Source of the DNA: Kiritimatiellia bacterium
GTDB taxonomy: Bacteria; Verrucomicrobiota; Kiritimatiellia; RFP12; UBA1067
Direction: 5' to 3'
DNA length: 64,000 bases
Assembly: GCA_050949565.1 (NCBI GenBank)
Contig: JBMNFY010000017.1
Location: forward strand, 1,600,001 to 1,664,000
The position numbers and the translations under genes were made by a program. Below are positions 35,993 through 46,291 of the stretch, piece after piece; position 1 is the stretch's first letter; each line of letters opens with the position of its first letter. The notes below the pieces were generated by a model. It was not told where the DNA came from. It ran no database searches and saw only the letters and a list, made by a program, of their open reading frames with translations.

Positions 35993-36153
35993 GGCTCGCG
36001 GGGACGCTCGCCCTCCCGTCCTATGATCGGGCTCGCGGAGCACTGGGAGGGACGAGCGTCTGCTCGTCCGGCGACGTGAACGCCGCCCACAGAACTGGAC
36101 GCGAAAAATTTGGAGTGCGGCGGCAAGCGGTATTCCGCGCGACGCCGCTTTTT
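35993..36153. repeat. Intergenic REP mosaic between convergent genes
   Basis: GGCTCGCGGGGACGCTCGCCCTCC, GGGAGGGACGAGCGTCTGCTCGTCC and TTGGAGTGCGGCGGCAAGCGGTATTCCGCGCGACGCCGCTTT. Confidence 0.8.
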
Positions 36154-36943
36154 AGCGCAGCCGGTCCAGCCGCAACCGCTCGCGGTTGTCGAACAGGCGG
36201 CGTGCGCAGAGTTGCACCGTCAATAGGCTGCCGAACCCCGCGCCGGTCGCGATCAGGTACATGATCATCATCTGATAGCGCACCGCCGCAAGGGGATCGC
36301 TGCCCGATAGAATCTGGCCGGTCATCATGCCCGGCAGACTCACGATGCCACAGACCGCCAGCGAGTTGATGATCGGCGTCATGGCGGTGCGCACGCTTTC
36401 GCGCCGCAGGTCGGCTACCGCCTCGGATGCAGACTGGCCCAGCGCCAGCCGGTTTTCGATCACGGCGCGTTGCTTCCAGGCATTCTGCGTCAACGTGTCC
36501 ATCCCCAAGGCGATGCCGGTCATGGTGTTGCCGAGAATCATGCCGAGCAGCGGGATCGCATATTGCGGCGACCACCAAGGCCGGACGCCCACCAGCGCCA
36601 CCAACGCGAACACGGTCACGGTGAAACCGGCGGTGAACAATCCCAGCGCGGCCAGTCCGACCGTCCAGCCCGCCACGAAGCGCCGGTGCTGCCGCCGTGT
36701 AACCTCCCAAGTGCCGGCCGCCAGCATCACCATCGAAAAACAGAAGGTCCAAAGCGGACGCGCATTTTGGAACACGCCTTTTAGGACCACACCTACCAGC
36801 GCAAGCTGTATGAAAGTCCGCACTGCACCGATCATCAACGCGCGGCTCAGCCCCAGACGCTGCCAGGCGAAGAACACGGCCAGTGCGGTCAGTGGCAATG
36901 CGGCCAGCAAGATATCGCTCCACGACAGCGCGATCACATCCAT
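36152..36943 (-). CDS. fetB: ABC iron-export permease (UPF0014/YbbM)
   Basis: RTFIQLALVG, PQYAIPLLGMILGN, GIVSLPGMMTGQILSG.DP..AVRYQ. Confidence 0.88.
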   Translation of the reverse strand: MDVIALSWSDILLAALPLTALAVFFAWQRLGLSRALMIGAVRTFIQLALVGVVLKGVFQNARPLWTFCFSMVMLAAGTWEVTRRQHRRFVAGWTVGLAALGLFTAGFTVTVFALVALVGVRPWWSPQYAIPLLGMILGNTMTGIALGMDTLTQNAWKQRAVIENRLALGQSASEAVADLRRESVRTAMTPIINSLAVCGIVSLPGMMTGQILSGSDPLAAVRYQMMIMYLIATGAGFGSLLTVQLCARRLFDNRERLRLDRLR

Positions 36944-37542
36944 GTATCCACCTCTTTCCACACACCGCCCGCCGCCATGCGGTAACCGCGCGACGCCACG
37001 CGCGTGAGCTGCTCGGGGTCATGCGTCACCCAGAGTGCCATCATACCGGTTGCGCAACGGCCCGCGACCAGTGCTTCAAGCGCCCGCGTGTGCGCCGCAT
37101 CAAGATGTGCCGTAGGCTCGTCCAGCAGCAATACCGCCGGTTGATTCATCAGCGAGCGCAACAGGCCGAGCCGCTGTTTCTCGCCACTGGAGAGACGCGC
37201 CACCGGCCATCCGAGTACCCCGGGCTCAAGTCCTAACGCACGCAAATCAGCATCTTCAGGAGCGTGAGAAAAGTGTTCGTCCACGCCGTCAAACCACCAC
37301 TGGCTCTCGGCGGGTACGTACGCCACGCGCCGCCGCCAATGGTTGGCGGGAATCGTGGCCGGCGCAACTCCTTGTAGCGCGATGGTTCCCTCCCAAGGAT
37401 CCATATCAGCCAAAGCACGCAACAGGCGCGTCTTGCCACAGCCGGACGGACCGCTCACGCCGACGATCTCGCCTTCGCGCATCGCAAACGTCACCGGCCC
37501 GAAACCGCCATACGATAGATCTTTTACCTCGAACGCTGTCAC
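36934..37542 (-). CDS. fetA: ABC transporter ATP-binding subunit (YbbL/FetA)
   Basis: Walker A GPSGCGKT, LSSGEKQR, LLLDEPT; adjacent to fetB. Confidence 0.82.
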   Translation of the reverse strand: MTAFEVKDLSYGGFGPVTFAMREGEIVGVSGPSGCGKTRLLRALADMDPWEGTIALQGVAPATIPANHWRRRVAYVPAESQWWFDGVDEHFSHAPEDADLRALGLEPGVLGWPVARLSSGEKQRLGLLRSLMNQPAVLLLDEPTAHLDAAHTRALEALVAGRCATGMMALWVTHDPEQLTRVASRGYRMAAGGVWKEVDTWM

Positions 37543-37669
37543 ACCACTTTCCCTTCACCCTTGGCCTTGAAGTGTATCACCCGGCGGGTGAACGCTCAAC
37601 TGCTCTTATTGCGACCACGCAGTGGCTCGCAATCTTGAGAGTAAAAGCGCTGCTCGGCTTTTCGCCGCG

Positions 37670-38125
37670 AAGCGATGGAGTAGGGCGGGGCGTCTCGAAC
37701 CGCCCCGCCGCACTTTGTCCCGCGCAAGTCCAATCACCCGTCTCGCGCAGCGCTGGGAGGGACGAGCGTCTGCTCGTCCTTTGCTCTATTCTTTTCAGCA
37801 TTGCGCAAGTCTGGCAAATGGATCCAGTGCGGCGGCAAGCGGTATTCCGCGCGACACCGCTTTTTGAGCATGAGTGTGGTGGCAGGACGGCGCGCAAAAG
37901 CGGTGCCGCGACCCGCGCACAGCGCGGTTCTTGTCACCGCATTCCAAAGGGTGCGCTTGAAAATAACGTCAAAGCCCCGAAGGGGCGGTTTCACCCTAGC
38001 CCAGGGCAAGCGAAGGCGCAGCCCTGGGTCGCGACGCCAACAGTCGCGTGGCCTGAAGGGCCACCTCAAAGAAACGACCGACAGCGGATTTAAAAGACAT
38101 CCAATGCCCCCCTCCAGGGTCACAT
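37670..38125. repeat. Long intergenic mosaic of several REP-like families
   Basis: GTAGGGCGGGGCGTCTCGAACCGCCCCG, GGACGAGCGTCTGCTCGTCC, GTGCGGCGGCAAGCGGTATTCCGCGCGACACCGC, an inverted copy of the 10475 element, and GCCCCGAAGGGGC..CCCAGGGC..GCCCTGGG. Confidence 0.8.
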
Positions 38126-38227
38126 ATTCGAATATGTGACCCTCTGCCCGCCGCCCTTTTCACCAGCAACACATTGTCTTCGCACATCCCTGTCAATAAC
38201 CGACTACCGCGCTCCGCCCGTTAAACA

Positions 38228-38257
38228 TTGACCATTCGGCGGCTGTATCGGTATGCT
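38228..38257 (+). promoter_or_regulatory. Putative sigma70 promoter of argS
   Basis: TTGACC-18 nt-TATGCT upstream of argS. Confidence 0.45.
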
Positions 38258-38298
38258 GGACAGTTAATTCAACACGTTGTGAAAAGGTTGGTTTGGGC

Positions 38299-40029
38299 AT
38301 GCATGAGACAGTAAATAGGTGTGAAGAGATTTTAGCGGAGTGGCTGAGACAAGCGTTTCAGGCCGCGTTCGGTGAAGTGCAGGATTGGTCTGGCATCCGC
38401 GTTCAGCCTGCGACCGATGCGCGTTTCGGCGATTTCCAATGCAACGACGCCATGCAGGCGGCGAAGACGCTGCGCCGTCCGCCGCGCGCCGTGGCTGAGG
38501 CGGTGCTCGCCGCCCTGCCGTTGCCGCCGATGTTGACGCGCGCTGAAATCGCCGGCCCCGGTTTCATCAACCTGACGGTCGCGCCGGAATGGCTGGCCGA
38601 GCAGGTCGCCGTGCTCTCTGCCGCGCCGCGCTTCGGTATCCCGGACGCTGGACAGGGGCGCACCGTGGTCATCGATTACTCCAGCCCCAACGTGGCTAAG
38701 CCGATGCATATCGGTCATATCCGCTCGACCGTGATCGGCAATGCGCTCGACCGTCTCCACCGTGCTCTCGGTTACCGCGTGATCGCCGACAACCATCTGG
38801 GCGACTGGGGGACGCAGTTCGGCCTGTTGATTCAGGGCTACCGCACTTTCTTGACCGAGGCCGAACGCGAGGCCTTGACTATCGAAGCGCTTGAGCGCGT
38901 CTACGTGCAGAGCTACAACCGCTCCAAAGAGGATCCCGCCTGGCTTGAGAGCTGTAAGTCCGAGTTGGTTAAGTTGCAGCAGGGCGATGCAGAAAACCGC
39001 GCGATCTGGGAGCGCTTCATCGCCATCAGCCGCCGCGAGTTTGATCGCGTCTACGGACGGCTGGATGTGGCATTCGATCTCACGCGCGGCGAAAGCTACT
39101 ACAACGACATGCTGCCCGAAACCATCCAAGTGTTGCAGGACAAGGGTCTAGCCGTCGAAAGCGAAGGCGCGTTGGTGGTGAATCTGGAAGACGAAGGCAT
39201 GCCGGTCTGCATCGTGCGTAAAAGCGACGGCGGCTTTAACTATGCCGCCACCGACATCGCTACGGTGCGCAGCCGCGTCGCCGAGTTCGATCCCGACCGC
39301 ATTATCTACGTCACCGACGAACGGCAGCAGCTTCATTTCAGACAGTTCTTTGCGGTGTGCGCCAAGTTGGGCTATACCACGCATCTTGAACATGTTTGGT
39401 TCGGCCTCATGCGCCTGCCCGAAGGCACTTTCTCCACGCGCCAAGGCAACGTCATCAAGCTGGAGTCGCTACTGGACGAGGCGGAGCGCCGTGCGCTGGA
39501 GATCATCAAAGCCTCGAACAGCGAGATGCCGGAAGACGAGCAGAGGGAACTGGCCGTAGCGATTGGCATCGGTGCCATCAAATACACCGATCTTTCGCAT
39601 GATCCCCAGACCATGATCGTCTTCACGTGGGAGAAGGCCCTTGCGCTGGAAGGCAACTCGGGGCCTTATCTCCAATACGCCTACGCGCGCGTTTGCAGCC
39701 TGTTGGACAAATATGCCGAACAGGTGCCGGATCGCGACCCGCTCACCAACGCCCTGTTGCTGGACGAGCCGGTAGAAAAGGCGTTGGCGCTCCAGCTTAT
39801 GCGCTTCCCGGCCACCGTGCTACGCGCCGCTGAAGTCTGCAAACCTAGCGTACTGGCCGATTATCTCTTCAGCCTTTCGCAAACCTACAGCAGCTTCTAT
39901 CAGCGCTCGCCCGTGCTCAAGGCCGACGCGGCGGTGCGCGACAGCCGCATCCGCCTCTGCGCGATGGTCGCCCAAGTTCTGGCCGAGGGTCTCGGCCTGC
40001 TCGGCATCTGCACGCCGCGCAGGATTTAG
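38299..40029 (+). CDS. argS: Arginine--tRNA ligase
   Basis: FGDFQCN, AGPGFIN, DYSSPNVAKPMHIGHIRST, FSTRQG, GNSGPYLQYAYAR. Confidence 0.97.
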   Translation: MHETVNRCEEILAEWLRQAFQAAFGEVQDWSGIRVQPATDARFGDFQCNDAMQAAKTLRRPPRAVAEAVLAALPLPPMLTRAEIAGPGFINLTVAPEWLAEQVAVLSAAPRFGIPDAGQGRTVVIDYSSPNVAKPMHIGHIRSTVIGNALDRLHRALGYRVIADNHLGDWGTQFGLLIQGYRTFLTEAEREALTIEALERVYVQSYNRSKEDPAWLESCKSELVKLQQGDAENRAIWERFIAISRREFDRVYGRLDVAFDLTRGESYYNDMLPETIQVLQDKGLAVESEGALVVNLEDEGMPVCIVRKSDGGFNYAATDIATVRSRVAEFDPDRIIYVTDERQQLHFRQFFAVCAKLGYTTHLEHVWFGLMRLPEGTFSTRQGNVIKLESLLDEAERRALEIIKASNSEMPEDEQRELAVAIGIGAIKYTDLSHDPQTMIVFTWEKALALEGNSGPYLQYAYARVCSLLDKYAEQVPDRDPLTNALLLDEPVEKALALQLMRFPATVLRAAEVCKPSVLADYLFSLSQTYSSFYQRSPVLKADAAVRDSRIRLCAMVAQVLAEGLGLLGICTPRRI

Positions 40030-40042
40030 GAATTCCTAACTC

Positions 40043-43000
40043 CTAAATCCTAACTCCTCCTTCGCGCTCGGCGCGTACCGTGCGCCGCGCGCTCAGGCGC
40101 CAGACCGCCGGCAGCACGAGCAGGTTGAGCAGCGTGGCGCTGATCAACCCGCCGAACTGCACGATCGCCAGCGGCGCCAGCAACTCGCCGCCCGGCTGGT
40201 CGTACGCCAGCACGATCGGCACCAGGCCGAAGAGTGTTGTCAGCGAGGTCATCAGGATCGGCACCATGCGTTCGAGCGAGCCTTCGATGAGCGCTTCGTG
40301 CAAACTGTATCCCTGCGCCTGCAAGCTGCGGTAGCGGTTGAGCAACAGCAACCCGTTGCGGATGACGAAGCCGGCGACGGTTACGAAGCCTACCATCGCC
40401 GCCACCGAGAGCACCGGCGCGACATAGTTGCCGTCTCCGCAGACCAGTGCCCGCAGGTTGGCCCAAAGCGGCGCGGGCGCCGCTATCAGCATCGCCATTA
40501 CGCCGCCGATCAGACAGAGCGGCAGATTCACCAGCACCACCAGCGCGGCGCGGAAGCTGTCCAATGCGTAACCCAACAGCAGGACAATGATCAGCAGCAA
40601 TCCCAGCGCCAACCACGTCAGCCGCCGCGATGCGGATTGCTGCGCTTCGTAACTGCCGCCGTAGCTGACGGTGCAGCCGTGGGCGTGAACCACCGGTTCG
40701 ACATGCTCGCGCAGCGCCGCGACCAGATCGCCGACGTTGGAACCGGGCGCGACATTGCAGGAGATCAACGCCTTGCGCCGCGTGTTGTCGCGCACGATCA
40801 GGTTCGAGGCCTCTTCGCGGTAGACATCCGCCACCTCGTCCAGCCGCACGCGTGCGCCGTTCGGCGCGGTGAGCAGAAATGCGCCCACGTCGGCCAGCTC
40901 CTTGCGCTGGGTCTCATCCAGCCGCACTACAATGTCCCAGCGTTGCTGGTTACGCGCGACCTGCCCTGCGGTCACGCCGTCGAAAGCCGCCGAGACCTGT
41001 TCGCCGGCGTCCTTCAGTGTCAGCCCGGCACGCGCCAGCGCATCCAGGCGGTAACGGATGCGCAGGGTGTCCACCATGATCTCGCGGTTCGCGCGCGCGT
41101 CGGCCACCTGCGGCAGGGTGTCGAGCACCTGCTTGACTGCGGCGGCGGCGGTGCGCAGCGTAGCCAGATCATCGCCGAAGACGTTGATCGCCAGCTCGGC
41201 CTCGGTGCCGGAGAGTACCGAACTGATGCGATGCGCGATTGGGTAGCCGATCATTGTCGCCACGCCGGGGATCTGCCGGATCACGCCGTTGATCGCGTTC
41301 CGCAATTTCAGCGGATCGGCTTGCATGTCCACGCGCACCAGCAGTTCCGAAGCGCTGACCGGCTCGGCGTGCTCATCGCGTTCGGCACGGCCGGTGCGGC
41401 GCGTCACGCTCTTGACGCCTTCGATACGCTGAATCTCCTCCATCGCGCCCTGCGTCACGCGTTCGGTCTCCTCCAGCGAGGTGCCGACCGGCGTGTTCAC
41501 AAAAACGGTGTAGCAATCTTCATGGAAAGGCGGCAGGAAACTGGTGCCGAAGGTCGATGCCAGCCAGAGCGCGCCAAGGGTGACGCCCGTCATCACGAGG
41601 CACACCAGCCACGCATGCCGCACACAGAAATACAGCAGCGGTCGATAGCAGGCCTTGAGCACTCTCACCGTAAATCCATCGACTTTCGCTTTTTCATTCT
41701 GACCTTTGCGGATGCGCCGTGAGCGTGAAAAGAGCAGCAGGCAGAGCACCGGCGTCACCGTGAGCGCCACCAGCAGCGAAGCGCCGAATATTAGCAGATA
41801 GGCCATGCCCAGCGGTCTGAAGAACTGTCCTTCCAAACCGGAGAGGAACAGTAGCGGCAAAAAGACCAGCACGATGATCAGCGTCGAGAAGGTGACGGAC
41901 TGCAACACTTCGGCACCGGCCGCGCGCAACACGGTCACTTTGGGTACGCGATCTTCCGGCGGCCGGAGCGCGTTTTCATCCAGCTTCCGCCAGGCGAGTT
42001 CCACAAAGATGATCGCATTGTCCACCACGTCGCCTACCGCGACCGCCAGTCCGCCGAGCGTCATGATGTTGACGCCCAGACCGAGCGCCGGGAAAAAGAG
42101 CAGGCCGACGGCCATGGAAAGCGGCATCGCCAGCAGCGTGATCAGCGTGGTGCGTACGCGCAACAGCGTCAACCCCAGCACCAGCACCACGATGATCGCG
42201 GCGTCGCGCACGATGAGCCCGCCCTTGTCGATCGAGAGCCGGATGAAGTCGGCCTGACGGTAGGCGTCGCGATGCAGCACAGCGCCGGCCGGCAGCCGGG
42301 AGGCTTCGAAAGCGTCCAGCACCTGTTCGATGCGGTCGGTCAACTCGAGTGTGTTGCCACCGGGCGCCTTCTGCACCGCGAGCACCACGGCGTCATGCCC
42401 GTTGTAGGAGGCCGAGCCGCGTCGCTGCGCACCGCCCAGCCTGACGTCCGCCACCTGCCCGAGGCGCAGCTCGCGTCCGTCGTCGACCGGCACCTGTACG
42501 CGCCGCAGCTCGTCGATCGTCTCGACGCGGGCGGTTTGGCGCAGCGGGATTTCCTGCCCCTTGACGTCCGCCAGATATCCCGCGCTGGCCATGGTGTGCG
42601 ACGCGGTGGCGGCCTCGATCACATCGTTGAGCGTGACACCGTATGCGGCCAGGCGCTCTGGGGTGACATTGACCTGAAACTCGGGCAGGCGCCCGCCGAT
42701 CACCACCACCTGGCCGATGCCGGGGATCGCCATCAGTTGGGTGCGCAGCTCGTATTCGGCGAGCTGGCGCAGCTCCAGTTCCGATACCGTGCCGTCGGGA
42801 CTGGTCAGCGCCAGCATCATGATCTCGCCGGTTACCGAAACGATCGGCGTGATCTCGGGCTCGATGCCCTCCGGCAGGAGCGCGCGCGCAGCAGTAAGCC
42901 GTTCCGCTACGATCTGACGTGCGCGGTAGATATCGATGTCCCAGTCGAAATCGACCCACACAAACGAGAGACCGCCGCCTGACGAGGAGCGTACCGCCTT

Positions 43001-43237
43001 CACGCCGGGCAGTCCGTTCATGGCGGATTCGATCGGCACCGTGACGAACTGCTCGACCTCTTCCGCCGTCAGTCCGCCGGCTTCGGTCTGCAGCACCACA
43101 CGCGGCACCTTGATTTCGGGGAAGACATCCACCGGCAGACGCCGTGCTGCCACGACAGCCAGTGCCACCGCGATCGCGGTCACGCCCAGCGTCAGCCAAG
43201 GATTCTCTAAACAAAAATCAATCAGTTTTTTCAACAT
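40043..43237 (-). CDS. CusA/CzcA-family heavy-metal RND efflux permease
   Basis: LPVDVFP, NIMTLGGLAVAVGDVVDNAII, ERMVPILMTSLTT. Confidence 0.93.
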   Translation of the reverse strand: MLKKLIDFCLENPWLTLGVTAIAVALAVVAARRLPVDVFPEIKVPRVVLQTEAGGLTAEEVEQFVTVPIESAMNGLPGVKAVRSSSGGGLSFVWVDFDWDIDIYRARQIVAERLTAARALLPEGIEPEITPIVSVTGEIMMLALTSPDGTVSELELRQLAEYELRTQLMAIPGIGQVVVIGGRLPEFQVNVTPERLAAYGVTLNDVIEAATASHTMASAGYLADVKGQEIPLRQTARVETIDELRRVQVPVDDGRELRLGQVADVRLGGAQRRGSASYNGHDAVVLAVQKAPGGNTLELTDRIEQVLDAFEASRLPAGAVLHRDAYRQADFIRLSIDKGGLIVRDAAIIVVLVLGLTLLRVRTTLITLLAMPLSMAVGLLFFPALGLGVNIMTLGGLAVAVGDVVDNAIIFVELAWRKLDENALRPPEDRVPKVTVLRAAGAEVLQSVTFSTLIIVLVFLPLLFLSGLEGQFFRPLGMAYLLIFGASLLVALTVTPVLCLLLFSRSRRIRKGQNEKAKVDGFTVRVLKACYRPLLYFCVRHAWLVCLVMTGVTLGALWLASTFGTSFLPPFHEDCYTVFVNTPVGTSLEETERVTQGAMEEIQRIEGVKSVTRRTGRAERDEHAEPVSASELLVRVDMQADPLKLRNAINGVIRQIPGVATMIGYPIAHRISSVLSGTEAELAINVFGDDLATLRTAAAAVKQVLDTLPQVADARANREIMVDTLRIRYRLDALARAGLTLKDAGEQVSAAFDGVTAGQVARNQQRWDIVVRLDETQRKELADVGAFLLTAPNGARVRLDEVADVYREEASNLIVRDNTRRKALISCNVAPGSNVGDLVAALREHVEPVVHAHGCTVSYGGSYEAQQSASRRLTWLALGLLLIIVLLLGYALDSFRAALVVLVNLPLCLIGGVMAMLIAAPAPLWANLRALVCGDGNYVAPVLSVAAMVGFVTVAGFVIRNGLLLLNRYRSLQAQGYSLHEALIEGSLERMVPILMTSLTTLFGLVPIVLAYDQPGGELLAPLAIVQFGGLISATLLNLLVLPAVWRLSARRTVRAEREGGVRI

Positions 43238-43258
43238 GAGGGTTCCCTCCCAGACGGC

Positions 43259-44869
43259 TCAATGCTCGCCTTCATGAAATTGTCCGTCCGCGTGGAAGTG
43301 CCCCGCCGCGCGCCGCGTGGTGCCGGAGGAAGGCGCGGCCAGTTGCAGCTCGTATGCGCCGTCCAGCACCACCGCCTCGCCGGCGGCCACGCCCTCTACC
43401 GCCACCCAGCCGCCGTCACGCGCACCGAGTGTGACGCCCCGTCTGATCAGGCGCTGTGCGTCGTGCGGGTCATGCACGAAAACGATCGACTGCAAACCGT
43501 CCGTCACCACGCACGCTTCGGGCAGGGCGATCTGTTCCGGCGCGCTTTCTGCGATCACCACGCTCAACACGCCCGCCCGGCCCGGCCCGGCCCAATCCGG
43601 CCAGGCGTCCGATGTCAAGTACAACGGATGGATTCGTAGCGCGTCGTCCGTGGCAAACCCCATCTCGATGCGTCCAGTCGCGGACGGCTGTTTGGCGTAC
43701 GCCGTGACCGGCTCGACAAATCCGGCCTGTCCGTCGCGTACGGATGCCAACTCAGCCGGAACGCCGTCGGCGTGGAACCAGAGTCGGTCGGCGCGTACGA
43801 CCGCTGCCACTTCGGCGCCGGCATCGACCCATGCGCCGGAGACAACCGGTACCCGCTCAACCACACCGGCCTCGCGGGCGACGACCGTCAACACGCCATC
43901 CTGCTCGCGGCAAAGCGCCAGAATGGCGGCGCGTGCGGCCTCGGCGTTCTGGCGCGTCTGTTCGGCGCGTGCGGCTTCGGCCTCCTTAACCGCGAGTTGC
44001 TGTTCCAGTTCGGCATGGCGCACGCCGGCCTCGCGAAGCTGCGACAGCCGTTTGCGCAACGCCTCGCTTTCAGCCTTGAGCAGCGTGAGCGCGGCCGCAG
44101 CATCGCGCACCTCGCCGTTCATTCGCACCCACTCCGGAGCGTGCAGCGTGAAGAGCGTTTCGCCGGCGGCGACACGCTGCGGCGTGCGGACGCGAACCTC
44201 GATCACGCCCGGCAGTGGCGCACTGTATGCGCGGCGCGCGTCCGGCATCAACTCGAAGCGGCCGGGGAAGCGCACGGTGCCGGTGACGCGGCGCGGCATC
44301 GCCGTCACGACACTCAACCCAAGCAGACGCTGGGCACTCTCCGGCACTCTAAAGGCTTCTTCGCCGTGGGCATGGTCGCACGTCGCATCATGCGCGTGAC
44401 CCTCACACGCCTCGCCATGTGCATGCCCTTCGCATGTCTTGTCGTGCTTGTGCTCCTTTCCTTGAGCGCTGAGCGTTGAACGTTGGGCGTTGGGCGTTCC
44501 GCACGCCGCGCCATGCGCATGTCCTTTGCACGCCTTGGCGTGCGTTTGGTCATGTGCGTGTTCTCCGCAGCCGGTCAGCCAGAGTAGAACCGCAAACAAG
44601 GCAATGAGTGCCTTGCCGGTTGATAATGGCAATGAAAAACAGGTTGTTTCCCGTAATCGGTTAATGACAGGAAACATGCGAGTCGGGCGCGTGCTTGGCG
44701 TGTGCGCAGTCGGGAGCGCGGGCGTCCCCGCCCGCAGAGCGTTGAGCGTTGAGTGTTTTTTTAACGCAGAGACGCGGAGACGCGGAGGTTTTGATGCATG
44801 CGGCGTGACCGCCGCCGGGAGGGGCAAGCGTCTGCTTGCCCGCGGACGAGCAAAAGTAAAACGGTTCAT
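43259..44869 (-). CDS. RND periplasmic adaptor lipoprotein with a His/Cys-rich segment
   Basis: RBS CAGGAGG and ATGA overlap at 44869; lipobox LTGC; C.GHAH repeats; C-terminal GHFHADGQFHEGEH. Confidence 0.88.
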   Translation of the reverse strand: MNRFTFARPRASRRLPLPAAVTPHASKPPRLRVSALKKHSTLNALRAGTPALPTAHTPSTRPTRMFPVINRLRETTCFSLPLSTGKALIALFAVLLWLTGCGEHAHDQTHAKACKGHAHGAACGTPNAQRSTLSAQGKEHKHDKTCEGHAHGEACEGHAHDATCDHAHGEEAFRVPESAQRLLGLSVVTAMPRRVTGTVRFPGRFELMPDARRAYSAPLPGVIEVRVRTPQRVAAGETLFTLHAPEWVRMNGEVRDAAAALTLLKAESEALRKRLSQLREAGVRHAELEQQLAVKEAEAARAEQTRQNAEAARAAILALCREQDGVLTVVAREAGVVERVPVVSGAWVDAGAEVAAVVRADRLWFHADGVPAELASVRDGQAGFVEPVTAYAKQPSATGRIEMGFATDDALRIHPLYLTSDAWPDWAGPGRAGVLSVVIAESAPEQIALPEACVVTDGLQSIVFVHDPHDAQRLIRRGVTLGARDGGWVAVEGVAAGEAVVLDGAYELQLAAPSSGTTRRAAGHFHADGQFHEGEH

Positions 44870-46203
44870 GGTGTCCTCCTGGGATCGGGTTCGGTAGAAG
44901 AATCGACATACAGCAACGCGAGGCGGATACGGGCTTCGTTCAATCCGCGTTCGGCTTCGATCCACGCTTCGTGGATGTCATAGACGGCGGCTTCGGCTGA
45001 GATCAGTTCGGTCAGGGTGGCTTCGCCCTGACGGTAGAGGCGCTCGGCGCGGTCGACCGCCGCCCGTGCGGAGGCCAGACGCTCTTCGCGCAAGCGTCGT
45101 TCCAGAGTCTCGGTGGCCTGCAGCGCGGCACGGGCTTCGTGCCACTCCGCGACCAACGTGCGCCACTCCGCGACCGCCTCGAAACGCGAGGAGTCACGGG
45201 TGCTTTCGGCCTCGGCGATAGCCTGCCGGTTGCGGTTCCAGAGCGGTAACGTGAAACCCACGCCCACACCCGCGCGTGCGCTGCCTTCTTCGTGTCCGAA
45301 CTGCGGGCCGATCTCTAGTTCGGGATACTGGCGACGCAGTTCGGCACGCAAGGCCTCTTCGCTGCCTTCGAAGCGCGCCAGCCGTTCCTGCACGCGCGGA
45401 TGGCGTACAAGATCCAGGTCGGTCGCGGGTGCAGCACCGAATGCGGCGTACAGCGCGTCGGGTTGCGGCGCGGCCGCGAAATCCAGCTCCACCGGCGCGT
45501 CGGGATGCAGGCCGAGCGTACGCAACAGGGCGTGTCGGCGTGCGATTGCTTCGGCTGAACAACAGGGGCAGGCCGTTTCCAGCGCCAGCCGTTCTTGCGC
45601 GAGGCGTTCGCGTTCGTCGGGCGGCAACTCGCCGACCGCCACCAGCGCGGCGACCTGCCGCTCGCGTTCGGCGAGGCGCGCCAGATAGGCTTTCTGCGCG
45701 GCGGCGTTGCGGGCGTCGGTCGCGCAGGCGAGCCAGCGTTGCCCGACCTCCGCCAGCAACTCGCGTTCGGCGGCGGCCACGGCCAGGGCATCGGCGCGCG
45801 CGTAGGCGAGAGCGGCGCGCTTTTCGAGGCCGGGGATGCCGGTCAGCGGCAGGCTGAAGCGCAAGCCGCTGCCGAGGATCCAAGGGTGCGGGCCGCCGCG
45901 CAGTATGCGCAGCGATTCCAGATCAAAGGCGGGATCTTCCCACCAGCCGGCGGCGAGCGCCTCGCGCTCGGCGTTCTGACGGCTGAGACGCAGCGCGTTG
46001 ATCTCGGGGTTGAGGATCAGCGCGAGGTCGCGTGCCGACGCAGCCGAGAGCGTGACGCGGTTCGTGACGGCGTCCGACCAGACAGCGGCCTCGTGCGGCC
46101 AGTCGATCGGCGCGGGGGCGACATTGCGGCAGCCGGCATAGATTCCGGCGCCTATGGACAAAATGAGCGAAACGGAAAGGCTCCGTTGGACAATGCGGAA
46201 CAT
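44866..46203 (-). CDS. TolC-family outer membrane efflux protein
   Basis: Lipoprotein signal (YAGC), QYPELEIG, TLPLWNRNRQAIAEA; first gene of the RND triad. Confidence 0.88.
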   Translation of the reverse strand: MFRIVQRSLSVSLILSIGAGIYAGCRNVAPAPIDWPHEAAVWSDAVTNRVTLSAASARDLALILNPEINALRLSRQNAEREALAAGWWEDPAFDLESLRILRGGPHPWILGSGLRFSLPLTGIPGLEKRAALAYARADALAVAAAERELLAEVGQRWLACATDARNAAAQKAYLARLAERERQVAALVAVGELPPDERERLAQERLALETACPCCSAEAIARRHALLRTLGLHPDAPVELDFAAAPQPDALYAAFGAAPATDLDLVRHPRVQERLARFEGSEEALRAELRRQYPELEIGPQFGHEEGSARAGVGVGFTLPLWNRNRQAIAEAESTRDSSRFEAVAEWRTLVAEWHEARAALQATETLERRLREERLASARAAVDRAERLYRQGEATLTELISAEAAVYDIHEAWIEAERGLNEARIRLALLYVDSSTEPDPRRTP

Positions 46204-46291
46204 GAAAACCTCCTCGTGTGAAACGGCGTTCGGTAACTTCCGCCGAGCCCGAACGGGCGGCGGGAGACGAGAGATCCGTCACAGGGAGGTT

